Positions 43,720-54,545 of a stretch of DNA of 64,000 bases are shown here, piece after piece. The notes under the pieces are model-generated. The model made no database searches, was not told where the DNA came from, and saw nothing but the letters and a program-made list of their open reading frames with translations. This DNA is from an uncultured candidate division Zixibacteria bacterium (GTDB taxonomy: Bacteria; Zixibacteria; MSB-5A5; RBG-16-43-9): NCBI GenBank assembly GCA_963713865.1, contig OY970208.1, positions 1,632,001 to 1,696,000 of the forward strand, read 5' to 3'. The first letter of the stretch is position 1. Every line of letters begins with the position of its first letter. The translations under genes were made by a program, and so were the position numbers.

Positions 43720-44862
43720 ATGAGTTTTAACCTGGATGATAAACAACAAGCAGTAAGAGATCTGGCCAAGGAGTTCGGTGAGAAATATATCGCTCCGGTA
43801 GCTAAGGAAATGGACCGGAAACCACCGGAATTTCCAATGGAGCTTTTCAAAAAGATGGCGGAGAAGGGGTTTTTAGCTTTTCCGGTGAAGAAAGAATATG
43901 GAGGTCTGGGTAAAAGTAAACTGGAATATGTTACCTTGATCGAGGAGGTTTCCTGGTTTGATGCTTCCTCTGCCATTATTATGGCGGTGAATAATCTGGC
44001 AAGTTATCCGATTGAGGCTTTTGGCTCTGATGAACAGAAGAAAAAATATCTGCCCAGGATGTGCTCGGGTGGGATGGTGGGTGCATTTGCTTTAACTGAA
44101 CCGAATGCAGGCTCTGATGCGGCTAATCAGCAGACTACTGCTAAGGTGGATGGGGATTATTTCGTGATAAATGGAGAAAAAATCTTCATCACCAGCGGAA
44201 ACGTGGCAGATATAATCATTCTTATTGCCAAGATAATAGAGGATGGAGATAAGGAAAAAGTCTCTGCTATTTTAATAGATGGGAAAACCCCTGGACTATC
44301 CTCAGAGGTTTTGAAATGGAAGATGGGATTAAGAGCTTCTACCACTGCACGGTTGAAATTAAACAACGTAAGAGTCCCGCGGACAAACCTCTTAGGTGAA
44401 GCGGGTAAAGGTTTCAGGATGTCTTTGATGACCTTAGATGGTGCCAGGATTGGAGTAGCTTCTCAGGCGGTGGGGATTGCCCAGAGAGCCTTTGATGAGT
44501 CAGTAAAATATGCCAAAACCAGGGAGCAGTTCGGAGCACCAATTGCCAAATTACAGGCTATCCAGTGGATGATTGCGGATATGAGCACCCGTTTAGAAGC
44601 GGCGCGGATGCTGACTTACAAAGCGGCATTGATGGAGGATAAAGGGGAGAAGATCTCCAGGGAGGCGGCTCAAGCCAAGCTATTTGCCTCTGAGGCTTCA
44701 AATTTTATCGTGGACCGGGCTATGCAAATTCATGGTGGATACGGTTATATTGGTGAGTTCTCTGAGATAGAAAAACTCTACCGGGATCAGAGAATTACAG
44801 AGATATATGAAGGGACTTCTGAGGTGCAGAGGTTAGTAATTTCCAGCGCTTATTTAAGATAG
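43720..44862 (+). CDS. Acyl-CoA dehydrogenase (short or branched chain)
   Basis: FALTEPNAGSD, NGEKIFIT, REQFG, QIHGGYGY, IYEGTSE. Confidence 0.93.
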   Translation: MSFNLDDKQQAVRDLAKEFGEKYIAPVAKEMDRKPPEFPMELFKKMAEKGFLAFPVKKEYGGLGKSKLEYVTLIEEVSWFDASSAIIMAVNNLASYPIEAFGSDEQKKKYLPRMCSGGMVGAFALTEPNAGSDAANQQTTAKVDGDYFVINGEKIFITSGNVADIIILIAKIIEDGDKEKVSAILIDGKTPGLSSEVLKWKMGLRASTTARLKLNNVRVPRTNLLGEAGKGFRMSLMTLDGARIGVASQAVGIAQRAFDESVKYAKTREQFGAPIAKLQAIQWMIADMSTRLEAARMLTYKAALMEDKGEKISREAAQAKLFASEASNFIVDRAMQIHGGYGYIGEFSEIEKLYRDQRITEIYEGTSEVQRLVISSAYLR

Positions 44863-44889
44863 AGAGATTGTTCATTTTGGGTCTTTAGT

Positions 44890-44923
44890 AAGGGCGACCC
44901 GGTGGGTGCCCTTGCTTTTTTTT
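44890..44923 (+). terminator. Intrinsic terminator after the acyl-CoA dehydrogenase gene
   Basis: AAGGGC..GCCCTT stem followed by T8. Confidence 0.65.
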
Positions 44924-45433
44924 AATAAATATATTTGCAGGGATAAAATCTACCTCTGGCAGACTCTGTTCTTTTATTGGTAAACCTGCCCGAGAAGCGG
45001 AGACTTCTACCTTGGGGCCCGCCCTGTGGGCGTTTGGCGTCCTATCCTATGGATCTGTAGGAGGCGTAGGCTGGTTCGTAGCCATCGTAAGGCTTTTATC
45101 GACCACCCCTATGCGGGTCTAAAGCTGCTATCAAAATTGTGAAGTGGTACAAAAGTTAATTCGTCTTTTTTTAGATATTTTTGGATTTTAATAGTGCTGG
45201 AAGATTATTCTAACGTTTAGTTTTATCACAAAAACGCATGATTGAAAAACCAACAGTACTAATTCATTCTAAATACATGCACAATTTTAATCTTACACCA
45301 TAATAGTCACTCTCCTGAGCTAACTTGTAAACTTTTCCTTGACTTGAAGCTTAAAAGTATTAAATTTTGCGGTGACTAAAAGGTTAAAGAGTTTAATCCA
45401 CCAGAGGCGGAAAGGGTTCAAGGGAAAAAACTT

Positions 45434-46276
45434 ATGCTTAAACTTGATGACAAAGAAGTCTATTCTATAGTGGATAATTCCTTTAAGATCGATGGTGGGG
45501 CGATGTTCGGAGTGGTTCCTAAAATTATCTGGGAAAGGTTAATGGTTCCGGATGAGTCAAACAGGATAACTTTAGACTTAAATCTTCTACTAGTTAAATC
45601 AGAAAATAAAAACATCCTGGTCGATAGCGGAATTGGTGATACTCTGAATGAAAAACAGAAGAAGATATATGGAGTGGAAAAAGAGTCTAATCTTGAAAAA
45701 GCTCTTTTCGAGATAGGGTTAAAACCTGAGGATATTGATCTGGTTATTCTTTCTCATCTTCATTTAGACCACGCAGGAGGGATTGTTAAATTTAATTCTC
45801 AAGGTGAGAAGGTTCCCCGTTTTCCAAAAGCGAAACATGTGATTCAAACCGAAGAATGGAAATATGCGCTTCATCCGGACGAGAGGACTAAAGCAACTTA
45901 TATGGTGGAGAATTTTCAGGTTCTGGATGAATACGGGTTGATAGAGTTAGTGAAAGGAGATAGGGAGATTGTGCCGGGGATAAGGGTGAAATTAACCGGA
46001 GGACATACAAAAGGACAGCAGGTGGTTTTTATCCAGGGAGGGGATAAAACGATTCTTTATCCTGGAGATATAATTCCTACTATTTCTCATCTTAGAATCC
46101 CTTATGTAGCCGGTGTAGATATTTATCCCTTAGAGGTTATGGAAGTCAAAAAGAAGTTGATTCAGGATTGTCTGGAATATAACTGGATGATTGCTTTTGA
46201 CCATGAGATCGAGACCAAGCTCAGTCATTTAGAAAAAATGAATGACAAGATAGAAATTAAAAAAGTTCCAATTTAG
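45434..46276 (+). CDS. Metallo-beta-lactamase fold hydrolase (YtnP-like)
   Basis: [27 protein letters not shown]. Confidence 0.88.
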   Translation: MLKLDDKEVYSIVDNSFKIDGGAMFGVVPKIIWERLMVPDESNRITLDLNLLLVKSENKNILVDSGIGDTLNEKQKKIYGVEKESNLEKALFEIGLKPEDIDLVILSHLHLDHAGGIVKFNSQGEKVPRFPKAKHVIQTEEWKYALHPDERTKATYMVENFQVLDEYGLIELVKGDREIVPGIRVKLTGGHTKGQQVVFIQGGDKTILYPGDIIPTISHLRIPYVAGVDIYPLEVMEVKKKLIQDCLEYNWMIAFDHEIETKLSHLEKMNDKIEIKKVPI

Positions 46277-46290
46277 AAAAAAGGTGTTTT

Positions 46291-47841
46291 ATGTCCTTAG
46301 AGAAAAAATTAGAAGAGTTAAAGAAGAAAAGAGCAGAAGCGAAATTAGGCGGAGGTCCCAAAAGGATAGAGGAACAGCATAAAAAGGGGAAATTAACTGC
46401 CAGGGAGAGATTGGACCTGCTTTTAGATGATGGTAGTTTTGAGGAATTCGATATGTTTGTTTTGCACCGCTGTACAGATTTTGGTCTGGATAAACAAAGG
46501 ATTTTCGGTGATGCGGTAGTCACCGGATACGGAACCATCGAAGGTAGATTGGTCTTTGTCTTCTCTCAGGATTTCACCACCTTTGGCGGGTCTTTATCCG
46601 AAGCCCATTCAGAGAAAATCTGCAAGATTATGGATTTAGCAATGAAAATTGGTGCTCCGGTTATAGGTTTGAACGACTCCGGGGGTGCCAGGATTCAGGA
46701 GGGGGTGGTGAGTTTAGGGGCTTATGCCAATATATTTTTAAAAAACACCTTAGCTTCAGGCGTGATTCCGCAGATCTCGGTAATACTGGGTCCCTGCGCC
46801 GGAGGTGCTGTCTATTCGCCAGCGATTACTGATTTTACCTTGATGGTCAAAGGGACAAGTTATATGTTTGTTACCGGACCTTCAGTGGTTAAGACGGTTA
46901 CGCATGAAGAGGTAAGTTACGATGAGTTAGGTGGTGCTCTGGTTCATTCAACCAAGAGCGGGGTGGCTCATTTTGCCTGTGAAAATGAAGCAGAGACTCT
47001 TCTTATAACCCGGAAGCTTTTTAATTTCATTCCTCTGAACAATATGGAAGACCCTCCGGATAAGAAATGCACTGACCCAGTTGAGCGAATGGATGAAGAG
47101 TTAAATTTCGTTGTTCCAGAGGAACCGGCCAAGCCTTATGATATGAAAGATGTGATAAAAAGGGTAGTGGATGATGGCGATTTCCTTGAGGTTCATAAAG
47201 ACTATGCTCAGAATTTAGTGGTGGGGTTTGCGCGAATGGGTGGTAAATCCGTAGGGATTGTGGGTAATCAACCAGCGGTCTTAGCCGGGGTTTTAGATAT
47301 AGATTCTGCTATTAAAGGAGCAAGGTTTGTCAGGTTCTGTGATGCTTTTAACATACCTTTAGTGGTATTTGAAGATGTACCAGGATTTCTGCCTGGCACT
47401 GCTCAGGAGTTTGGCGGGATAATAAAACACGGAGCAAAACTACTTTATGCTTTCTGTGAGGCAACAGTTCCCAAGGTAACGGTTATTACACGCAAAGCTT
47501 ATGGGGGGGCTTATGATGTTATGAACTCCAAACACGTGAGAGGGGATATAAACTATGGCTGGCCCACTGCGGAGATAGCGGTGATGGGCCCCAAAGGGGC
47601 GGTGGAGATTATATTTAAAAAAGAGATCGCTGAATCTCCTGATCGGGAAAAGGCAACTGAAGAGAAGCTTAAAGAGTTCATTGAAAAATTTGCCAACCCC
47701 TATATCGCGGCTGAAAGAGGGTATTTAGATGATGTGATTGAGCCCAAAGAGACCAGACCAAGATTAATCAAGGCTTTGTCGATGCTGGAGACGAAGAAAG
47801 ATTCTAATCCGCCGAAAAAGCACGGGAATATACCGTTGTAA
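46291..47841 (+). CDS. pccB: Acyl-CoA (propionyl-CoA) carboxylase carboxyltransferase subunit
   Basis: [51 protein letters not shown]. Confidence 0.9.
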   Translation: MSLEKKLEELKKKRAEAKLGGGPKRIEEQHKKGKLTARERLDLLLDDGSFEEFDMFVLHRCTDFGLDKQRIFGDAVVTGYGTIEGRLVFVFSQDFTTFGGSLSEAHSEKICKIMDLAMKIGAPVIGLNDSGGARIQEGVVSLGAYANIFLKNTLASGVIPQISVILGPCAGGAVYSPAITDFTLMVKGTSYMFVTGPSVVKTVTHEEVSYDELGGALVHSTKSGVAHFACENEAETLLITRKLFNFIPLNNMEDPPDKKCTDPVERMDEELNFVVPEEPAKPYDMKDVIKRVVDDGDFLEVHKDYAQNLVVGFARMGGKSVGIVGNQPAVLAGVLDIDSAIKGARFVRFCDAFNIPLVVFEDVPGFLPGTAQEFGGIIKHGAKLLYAFCEATVPKVTVITRKAYGGAYDVMNSKHVRGDINYGWPTAEIAVMGPKGAVEIIFKKEIAESPDREKATEEKLKEFIEKFANPYIAAERGYLDDVIEPKETRPRLIKALSMLETKKDSNPPKKHGNIPL

Positions 47842-47901
47842 AAACAGTTTGGAGTTTGTTCGTTTGTTAGTTTGGAGATCTGGCGTTGAACTAGAAAGGT
47901 T

Positions 47902-47995
47902 GTCATTCTGAGCCCGTAGGGCGAAGAATCTATATAAGACTCAAAGTTGACAGATTCTTCGGTCGTCTCGCCAAAGCGGACTCCCTCAGAATGAC
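47902..47995. repeat. GTCATTCTGA..GAAGAATC/GATTCTTC..TCAGAATGAC palindromic element
   Basis: Terminal inverted repeats GTCATTCTGAG/CTCAGAATGAC; second family member at 56888-56966. Confidence 0.8.
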
Positions 47996-48023
47996 AAAAA
48001 AAGAAAACCACGAAACCAATACT

Positions 48024-49550
48024 ATGTTCAAAAAAATTCTCATAGCTAACCGTGGAGAAATTGCGGTCAGGATTATCCGTGCTTGCAGGGAGCTTGGGAT
48101 AAAGGCAGTTGCGGTTTTCTCTGAGATCGATCGGAAGGGTCTGCACGTTAGAATGGCAGATGAAGCTTATTTTATCGGACCCTCACCTTCAGTTGCCAGT
48201 TACCTTAATATGGAAAAATTGATTGAAGTAGCTAAAAAAGCTAATTGTGAAGGGATTCATCCAGGATATGGATTTTTGGCTGAGAACCCTGTGTTTGCCC
48301 GATTAGTTGAAAAAGAGGGATTGGTTTTCATCGGTCCGCCTGACTCTGCCATTAAGCTTTTAGGGGATAAGATGGCTGCCAGAAAAACGATGAAAAAAGC
48401 CGGGATCGAAGTTGTTCCCGGAACTGAAGAGCCTTTGGAAACTGAAAAGCAGGGGCTTTCTATTGCTCAAAAAATAGGTTTCCCGATTTTAATTAAAGCG
48501 GCTGGTGGTGGAGGGGGAAAAGGGATGAGGATTGTCAGAAATGAAAAAGATTTGAAAGAGGCCATGAGAGCTTGCTCCTCTGAAGCTAAATCCGCTTTCG
48601 CGGATGCCAGGATCTATATAGAGAAATATTTAGAAAAACCCAGGCACATCGAGATTCAGATATTAGGTGATAAATTCGGGAATGTTATTTATTTAGGGGA
48701 GAGAGAGTGCTCAATTCAGAGAAGACACCAGAAGGTGATTGAGGAATCACCATCACCGATTGTAGATGAGATTATGCGAAAGAAAATGGGTGAGACGGCG
48801 GTCAAAGCAGCCAAAACTGCAGGATATAACAATGCTGGCACGATGGAGTTTTTAGTTGACTCGGACAAAAACTTCTATTTTTTGGAGGCTAATACCAGAC
48901 TTCAGGTAGAACATCCGGTTACAGAGATGGTTACCGGGATAGACATAGCCAAGGAACAGATGAAGATTGCCTCTGGTTTGCCTTTAAGCTATAAGCAGGA
49001 GGATATATCCTGGAGAGGGAACTCAATAGAATGTAGAATTTATGCAGAAGACCCGGAAAACAATTTTCTGCCTTCAACCGGTAAGGTTTCATATTATGAA
49101 GAGCCAGCCGGTCCAGGGATCAGGGTTGACTCTGGTTTATATGAAGGGTGCGAAGTTCCAATCTATTATGACCCGATAATAGGTAAATTAATCACCTGGG
49201 GTAAAAATCGGGAGGAAGCTATCCAAAGGATGAAAAGAGCTTTGTCTGAATATCATATTTCCGGTGTAGCTACCACCATACCTTTTCATATTCAGGTGAT
49301 GGAGAATGAAAAATTCAAGCAAGGAGAATTGTCTACTCATTTTATTGAAGAGGAGTTTAATCAAGACAGAAAAGCTCAACTCGAAGAAAATAGTTATAGA
49401 ATGGTGGCTTTGTTCTCGGCGTTGGCTGAATATCAAGATAAAAAAAGGATACAAGGGTTTAAGGGTTTAAGTGTTCAAGGAGAGAAGATAAAAGAAAGTC
49501 AGTGGAAGGTGGAGGGGAGAAGAAGAGGATTAAGAAAATTTAGGATTTAA
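48024..49550 (+). CDS. accC: Biotin carboxylase subunit
   Basis: KILIANRGEIA, HPGYGFLAEN, GGGGKGMR, RECSIQRRHQK, RLQVEHPVTE. Confidence 0.93.
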   Translation: MFKKILIANRGEIAVRIIRACRELGIKAVAVFSEIDRKGLHVRMADEAYFIGPSPSVASYLNMEKLIEVAKKANCEGIHPGYGFLAENPVFARLVEKEGLVFIGPPDSAIKLLGDKMAARKTMKKAGIEVVPGTEEPLETEKQGLSIAQKIGFPILIKAAGGGGGKGMRIVRNEKDLKEAMRACSSEAKSAFADARIYIEKYLEKPRHIEIQILGDKFGNVIYLGERECSIQRRHQKVIEESPSPIVDEIMRKKMGETAVKAAKTAGYNNAGTMEFLVDSDKNFYFLEANTRLQVEHPVTEMVTGIDIAKEQMKIASGLPLSYKQEDISWRGNSIECRIYAEDPENNFLPSTGKVSYYEEPAGPGIRVDSGLYEGCEVPIYYDPIIGKLITWGKNREEAIQRMKRALSEYHISGVATTIPFHIQVMENEKFKQGELSTHFIEEEFNQDRKAQLEENSYRMVALFSALAEYQDKKRIQGFKGLSVQGEKIKESQWKVEGRRRGLRKFRI

Positions 49551-49576
49551 GTATAAAGTAATACTTTAAAGCATAT

Positions 49577-50083
49577 ATGAAATACATTGCTAATATTGAA
49601 GATAAGAATTTTGAAGTTGATATAATCGAGACTGACGGTAAACTGATAACAAAGCTTGATGGTCAGCCTGTTGCGGTTGATTTTGTGCAAGTTAAACCAC
49701 CTAATCTTTTTTCATTTCTGGTGGATAATCAATCGTTTGATGTGGAGATAGTAAAAAATGCTGAAGGGTACTGGGTAAATTTTAATGGAAGAAGATATGA
49801 ATGTATTTTAGAGGATGAGAAAATTCAAAAGATAAAAGATATTGTCGGGTTTAAAAAAGAGATTTTACATGATAGAGAACTTAAATCTCCAATGCCTGGT
49901 TTAGTCGTTGCCATAGAAGTTAAAGAAGGGGAGATGGTGAAAACGGGGCAGGGAGTTGCCATAGTTGAGGCGATGAAGATGGAAAATGAGTTAAAGGCTA
50001 AATTTGATGGGAGAGTAAAAAAAGTCAGGGTGAAACCAGGACAAGCAGTGGAGAAAGATGAAGTGATGGTGGTATTTGAATAG
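49577..50083 (+). CDS. Biotin carboxyl carrier protein
   Basis: SPMPG..EAMKMEN biotinylation motif. Confidence 0.93.
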   Translation: MKYIANIEDKNFEVDIIETDGKLITKLDGQPVAVDFVQVKPPNLFSFLVDNQSFDVEIVKNAEGYWVNFNGRRYECILEDEKIQKIKDIVGFKKEILHDRELKSPMPGLVVAIEVKEGEMVKTGQGVAIVEAMKMENELKAKFDGRVKKVRVKPGQAVEKDEVMVVFE

Positions 50084-50177
50084 AAGAATTCAAAAGTTCA
50101 AAGGTTCAAGAGTTCAAGGGAGAAAAATCGTAGCGTTGCCACCCCTGTGGCAACGAATGGACTGAAAGGAGGAAAAA

Positions 50178-50918
50178 ATGGCATTAAAATTTAAGTGCGG
50201 GAAGTGTGAAGAGGATATCATTACTAAATTTGTTAAAATCGGTGAGATCGCTCAATGTCGCAATTGTGGTGCTGAAACTATGGTACCGGAGAATGCTATA
50301 GAAGTAGATGAGGAACCAAAATACAAAACACCCACAGTCACTAGGCAGGATGCAGTTACAAAAGTAAAGGATAAAGTCAGACCGATTTGGGATGTGCTTT
50401 TACTGTCTATCATAACGCTCTCAATATATTTCTGGGTCTATCTCTTTAAAACGCTTCGAGAAATGAAAAATACCTTCACATTCGAGGCTCAAGAAATAAA
50501 CCCAGATAAAGTTAGACCTATTTTGATTACCTACCTGATAGTAACAATAATATGGGTTATTAGTGTTATAGCAATTAGCGTTTCCTTGGGGTTTTTAGTT
50601 TACATCTTTAAAACCTACGAATTTTATGTTTTGGAGATGATTGGTACTGTCATTTCTACAGCGCTTTTTGTTGCATTTTTTCTATCTTTTGTAAAGTTGA
50701 TCGAAGTGTGTCAAAAGAAAGGAGGAATGGTTCCTTTAAACAAATCCATTTTCTGGACAGTAATTGCGATATCTGCAGTAATCTCTTTTGTCTATATTGG
50801 CATTCCATCTTTATCACATCCCGTCCCGCTCGTCCTCGTGGATATGGTTGTAAGCCTGGTCTTAATTTACCTAATAGTAAAACAAGTTAATAGAATCTGG
50901 GAAGAATCACACTTGTAG
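50178..50918 (+). CDS. Hypothetical membrane protein with N-terminal zinc finger
   Basis: CGKC..CRNC, then LLSIITLSIY..W and several TM helices; AGGAGG RBS. Confidence 0.6.
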   Translation: MALKFKCGKCEEDIITKFVKIGEIAQCRNCGAETMVPENAIEVDEEPKYKTPTVTRQDAVTKVKDKVRPIWDVLLLSIITLSIYFWVYLFKTLREMKNTFTFEAQEINPDKVRPILITYLIVTIIWVISVIAISVSLGFLVYIFKTYEFYVLEMIGTVISTALFVAFFLSFVKLIEVCQKKGGMVPLNKSIFWTVIAISAVISFVYIGIPSLSHPVPLVLVDMVVSLVLIYLIVKQVNRIWEESHL

Positions 50919-51111
50919 TAATGACAATTAGGCTAAGAAATCGTCAAATAGTGGAAAGGGATGAGATGCTGATAGTATTTGAGTAAAAAGACGTTATTGC
51001 TAGTGGTGTCAGGAGTTACCTCCTGACACCCATAAGACTATCAATGGATTTTTTAGCTACTTGCTCCAGGCTACGAGCTTAATGCTATAAAGAAATTTAA
51101 GAGGTAATTAA

Positions 51112-52710
51112 TTGACGAATGATAAACCAAAATTCTTCACCAGCTCTAATATTCCCATAAACGAGCTTTACACTCCGGAAGACCTTTCTGATTTCGATTA
51201 CACCAGTAACTTAAGCTATCCAGGGCAATATCCTTTCACCCGTGGGGTGCAGAAAGATATGTATCGAGGTCGATTGTGGACGATGAGGCAGTATGCTGGC
51301 TTTGGGACTGCTCCGGAGACTAATAAAAGGTTTAAATATCTTTTAGAACAAGGGCAGACTGGACTATCTGTGGCTTTTGACCTGCCTACCCAGATAGGTT
51401 ATGATTCTGACCATTCTTTATCTTCAGGTGAGGTAGGAAAGACCGGGGTAGCAATCGATACGCTTAAGGATATGGAAATACTTTTTGATGGAATTCCATT
51501 GGATAAAGTCAGCACCTCAATGACCATCAATGCTACAGCTTCAATCCTTTTAGCGATGTACGTGGCTTTAGCTAAAAAGCAAAATGTCCCCCTAAATCTA
51601 CTCTCCGGCACGATTCAAAATGATATTTTAAAAGAATATATTGCCAGAGGAACATACATCTTTCCCCCTTGCCCTTCGATGAGACTAACTACTGACATTT
51701 TTAAATACTCCAGTGAAAATCTTCCAAAATTTAATCCAATAAGTGTTAGCGGTTATCATATTAGAGAGGCTGGGGCAACTGCAGTTCAGGAGGTTGCTTT
51801 TACATTGGCTAACGGCATAACCTATGTGCAGGAGGCGATAAATTCCGGGCTGGAAGTGAATGATTTCGCTAAACGGGTTTCATTTTTCCTGAATTCTCAC
51901 AGTAATTTCTTTGAGGAGATAGCCAAGTTCAGAGCCACCAGGAGACTCTGGGCGAAAATCATAAAAGAGAGATTCGGGGCAGAAGAAGATGCATGTAAAT
52001 TAAGATTTCATACTCAGACTGCAGGAGGTACCCTTACTGCCCAGCAGCCTGAAAATAATATAATCAGAGTTGCCCTGCAGGCACTTTCCTCAATCCTGGG
52101 AGGGACTCAGTCTTTACATACTAATTCTATGGATGAGGCCTTAAGCCTTCCCTCAGAAAAAGCGGCCGAGATAGCTTTGAGAACACAGCAGATTATTGCC
52201 TATGAGAGCGGGGTTACTGATACGGTTGACCCCTTAGCTGGAGCTTATTTTATTGAAGCTTTGACCAATAGATTAGAGGATGAGGTGAGAAAATATATAG
52301 ATTATATTGTAAAGAATGGTGGTGCATTATGGGCGGTCGAATCTGGATATTATCAGAAGGAAATTCAGAAAAGCGCTTATGAATATCAAAAGATGATAGA
52401 ATCAAAAGAGAAAATTATTGTAGGGGTGAACAAATTTGAGACTGAAGTTGAAAAAGAAAAAAGAAAAAAGATTTTTAAGGTAAGTAAAAAGGGAACATTG
52501 GATCAGATTAAAAGATTAAAAGAAGTAAAAGAAAAAAGAGATAAAGAAAAGGTGAAATTTTCGCTGGATGAATTGAGAAACAAAATCAATACGGATGAGA
52601 ATCTTATGTATCCGATTATCCAGTGCGTAGAAGCTTATGTCTCAATTGGCGAGATATGTGAGGTATTAAAAAGCGTTTGGGGAGAGTATGAACAAAAAGT
52701 GATAATCTAA
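51112..52710 (+). CDS. Methylmalonyl-CoA mutase large (substrate-binding) subunit
   Basis: WTMRQYAGF and [11 protein letters not shown] (Tyr/Arg specificity positions). Confidence 0.88.
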   Translation: MTNDKPKFFTSSNIPINELYTPEDLSDFDYTSNLSYPGQYPFTRGVQKDMYRGRLWTMRQYAGFGTAPETNKRFKYLLEQGQTGLSVAFDLPTQIGYDSDHSLSSGEVGKTGVAIDTLKDMEILFDGIPLDKVSTSMTINATASILLAMYVALAKKQNVPLNLLSGTIQNDILKEYIARGTYIFPPCPSMRLTTDIFKYSSENLPKFNPISVSGYHIREAGATAVQEVAFTLANGITYVQEAINSGLEVNDFAKRVSFFLNSHSNFFEEIAKFRATRRLWAKIIKERFGAEEDACKLRFHTQTAGGTLTAQQPENNIIRVALQALSSILGGTQSLHTNSMDEALSLPSEKAAEIALRTQQIIAYESGVTDTVDPLAGAYFIEALTNRLEDEVRKYIDYIVKNGGALWAVESGYYQKEIQKSAYEYQKMIESKEKIIVGVNKFETEVEKEKRKKIFKVSKKGTLDQIKRLKEVKEKRDKEKVKFSLDELRNKINTDENLMYPIIQCVEAYVSIGEICEVLKSVWGEYEQKVII

Positions 52711-52847
52711 AATACGTGTGAAGGATTAGATGATTGGAGATTTTAGCGCGAGGCCGTCAAGGTCTTGAGACTTTCAGCCTCGCAATGCGACCATGTCCTA
52801 CGGATCCGTTATTAGGAAAAGGGTTGCGCTACGAAAGGTCAAAAATT

Positions 52848-53246
52848 ATGAAAATAGAAAAAATCGAACATGTCGGGATTGCAGTAAAAAGTATAGATGA
52901 TGCTGCTAAGTTCTATGAGGGTATCCTGAATCTCAAGTTAACAGATAAAATCGAGGTTCCTCAGAGAAAAATCAGAATTGCTTTTGTGCAGGTATCTGAA
53001 ACTAAATTAGAGCTTTTAGAGTCTATGGAGGAAGGGAGTGTTATTGATAAATTCATTCAGAAAAAGGGAGAAGGGATTCATCATATTTGCTTTGAGGTGG
53101 AGGGATTTGATGAAGTTGTAGATGAGCTAAAGTCGAAAAAGGTTGAATTGGTAGACGAACCCCGAATAGGTGCAGAAGGGAAGAAAATCGTTTTCCTTCA
53201 GCCTAAAAATGCTTTCGGGGTTTTGATTGAGTTGAAGGAGAAGTAG
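52848..53246 (+). CDS. mce: Methylmalonyl-CoA epimerase
   Basis: IEHVGIAV, LELLE, GEGIHHICFEV, GVLIEL. Confidence 0.9.
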   Translation: MKIEKIEHVGIAVKSIDDAAKFYEGILNLKLTDKIEVPQRKIRIAFVQVSETKLELLESMEEGSVIDKFIQKKGEGIHHICFEVEGFDEVVDELKSKKVELVDEPRIGAEGKKIVFLQPKNAFGVLIELKEK

Positions 53247-53358
53247 TATAGCTGATTAGATGGATTAAGCAGATGGACTAAATAGCAGATTGTAGAACAT
53301 TCGCCCGACACAAAGGTCGGGCACTGCGAATAAAGAAAGATAAAAAGAGAGGAACAAT

Positions 53359-54432
53359 ATGGGTCTTTTTGAGATGATGGAGGAGAAAGGGCACGAGCAG
53401 CTGATATTCTGCTATAATCAGCCCACTCAGCTAAAAGCCATAATCGCCATTCACGATACTACCCTGGGAAAAGCTGTGGGTGGTTGCAGGCTCTGGAAAT
53501 ATAATACAGAGACAGAGGCGATTACGGATGCTTTGATTTTGTCTGAAATTATGACTTATCAATCTGCTATCTCGGATTGCGATACCGGCGGGGGCAAAGT
53601 AGTTTTGTGGCATGATTTTGAAGAAGAGGCAGATGAGGCTTATTATCGTGCTTTAGGAAGGTATATCGAGGGGCTAAAAGGAAGGATCGTGACCTATCCA
53701 GATTTAGGCACTGATACTCAGGAGATGAAATATATAAGAAGAGAAACCGAGCATGTCCTTTTTTATGAAACCTCCTCAGGCTTAAGAGCAGAAAGCTCAG
53801 AGCTTACCGCTTACGGTGTTTACTGGGGGATGAAAGCCTGCGTTAAAGAGCTTTATGGTATATCCTCTTTAGATGGGCTTACTGTGGCAATTCAAGGAGT
53901 AGGGAGTGTAGGTCGAATACTGGCTGATTATCTCAAGGAAGAAAAAGTAAAGCTTATCGTTACTGATTTGAACTACGATTCTATCAAAAAAGTTCAGGAT
54001 AAATTTCCGGATACAGTGATTACACACCCGGATAAAATCTTAAACTGCGAGTGCGATGTTTTTTCACCCTGTGCCTTGGGTCCGGTATTCACCAAACGTA
54101 ATATAGATACACTTCGTTGTAAAATCATTGCTGGAGGAGCTTATAATATTTTAGAAGAGGTTTCATTGGCTGAGGAACTATTTAAACGAGGGATTCTGTA
54201 TGCTCCGGACTTTGTGATAAACAGTGGTGAGCTTTTTATGACTGCGGATGCTTTAAAGATATTATCCAAAGATGAAGCTTTAGCCTCAGCTAAAAAGATC
54301 TATGATATAATGGCAAAAGTACTGGCTATATCCAGAAGAGGGAATATCTCCCCTTATAAAGCTGCTTACCAGTTGGCAAAAGAAAGGATAAAAAAAGTAG
54401 GGGATATAAAGAATATTTTATGTTGTATTTAA
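53359..54432 (+). CDS. Leu/Phe/Val dehydrogenase family protein, divergent
   Basis: IAIHDTTLG..GGCR, GGGK, TAYGV, QGVGSVG, PCALG, YAPDFVIN. Confidence 0.8.
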   Translation: MGLFEMMEEKGHEQLIFCYNQPTQLKAIIAIHDTTLGKAVGGCRLWKYNTETEAITDALILSEIMTYQSAISDCDTGGGKVVLWHDFEEEADEAYYRALGRYIEGLKGRIVTYPDLGTDTQEMKYIRRETEHVLFYETSSGLRAESSELTAYGVYWGMKACVKELYGISSLDGLTVAIQGVGSVGRILADYLKEEKVKLIVTDLNYDSIKKVQDKFPDTVITHPDKILNCECDVFSPCALGPVFTKRNIDTLRCKIIAGGAYNILEEVSLAEELFKRGILYAPDFVINSGELFMTADALKILSKDEALASAKKIYDIMAKVLAISRRGNISPYKAAYQLAKERIKKVGDIKNILCCI

Positions 54433-54545
54433 AAAATATAGTTCAAGGGTTTAAGGATTCAAGGGTAAGAAAAATTAAGAAGAAAGAAAATCAAATTGTT
54501 AATAGTTAGTTTCGATATCAAAGAAATAAAAGGACAAATAAAATT

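Noticed and set aside
44975-45130. Possible c-di-GMP-I riboswitch (GGTAAAC..GAGA..GAC and GGGTCTAA)
   Set aside because: The core GCAAA linker is missing and the spacing is wrong; parts (GCGGAGACTTC, ATCGTAA..TTTATCGACC) recur at 30817-30850, so this is a repeat mosaic
52734-52847. N-terminal extensions of mce, and similarly accC (47991) and nfeD (18528)
   Set aside because: The extensions run through repeat or intergenic DNA; family similarity starts at downstream ATGs
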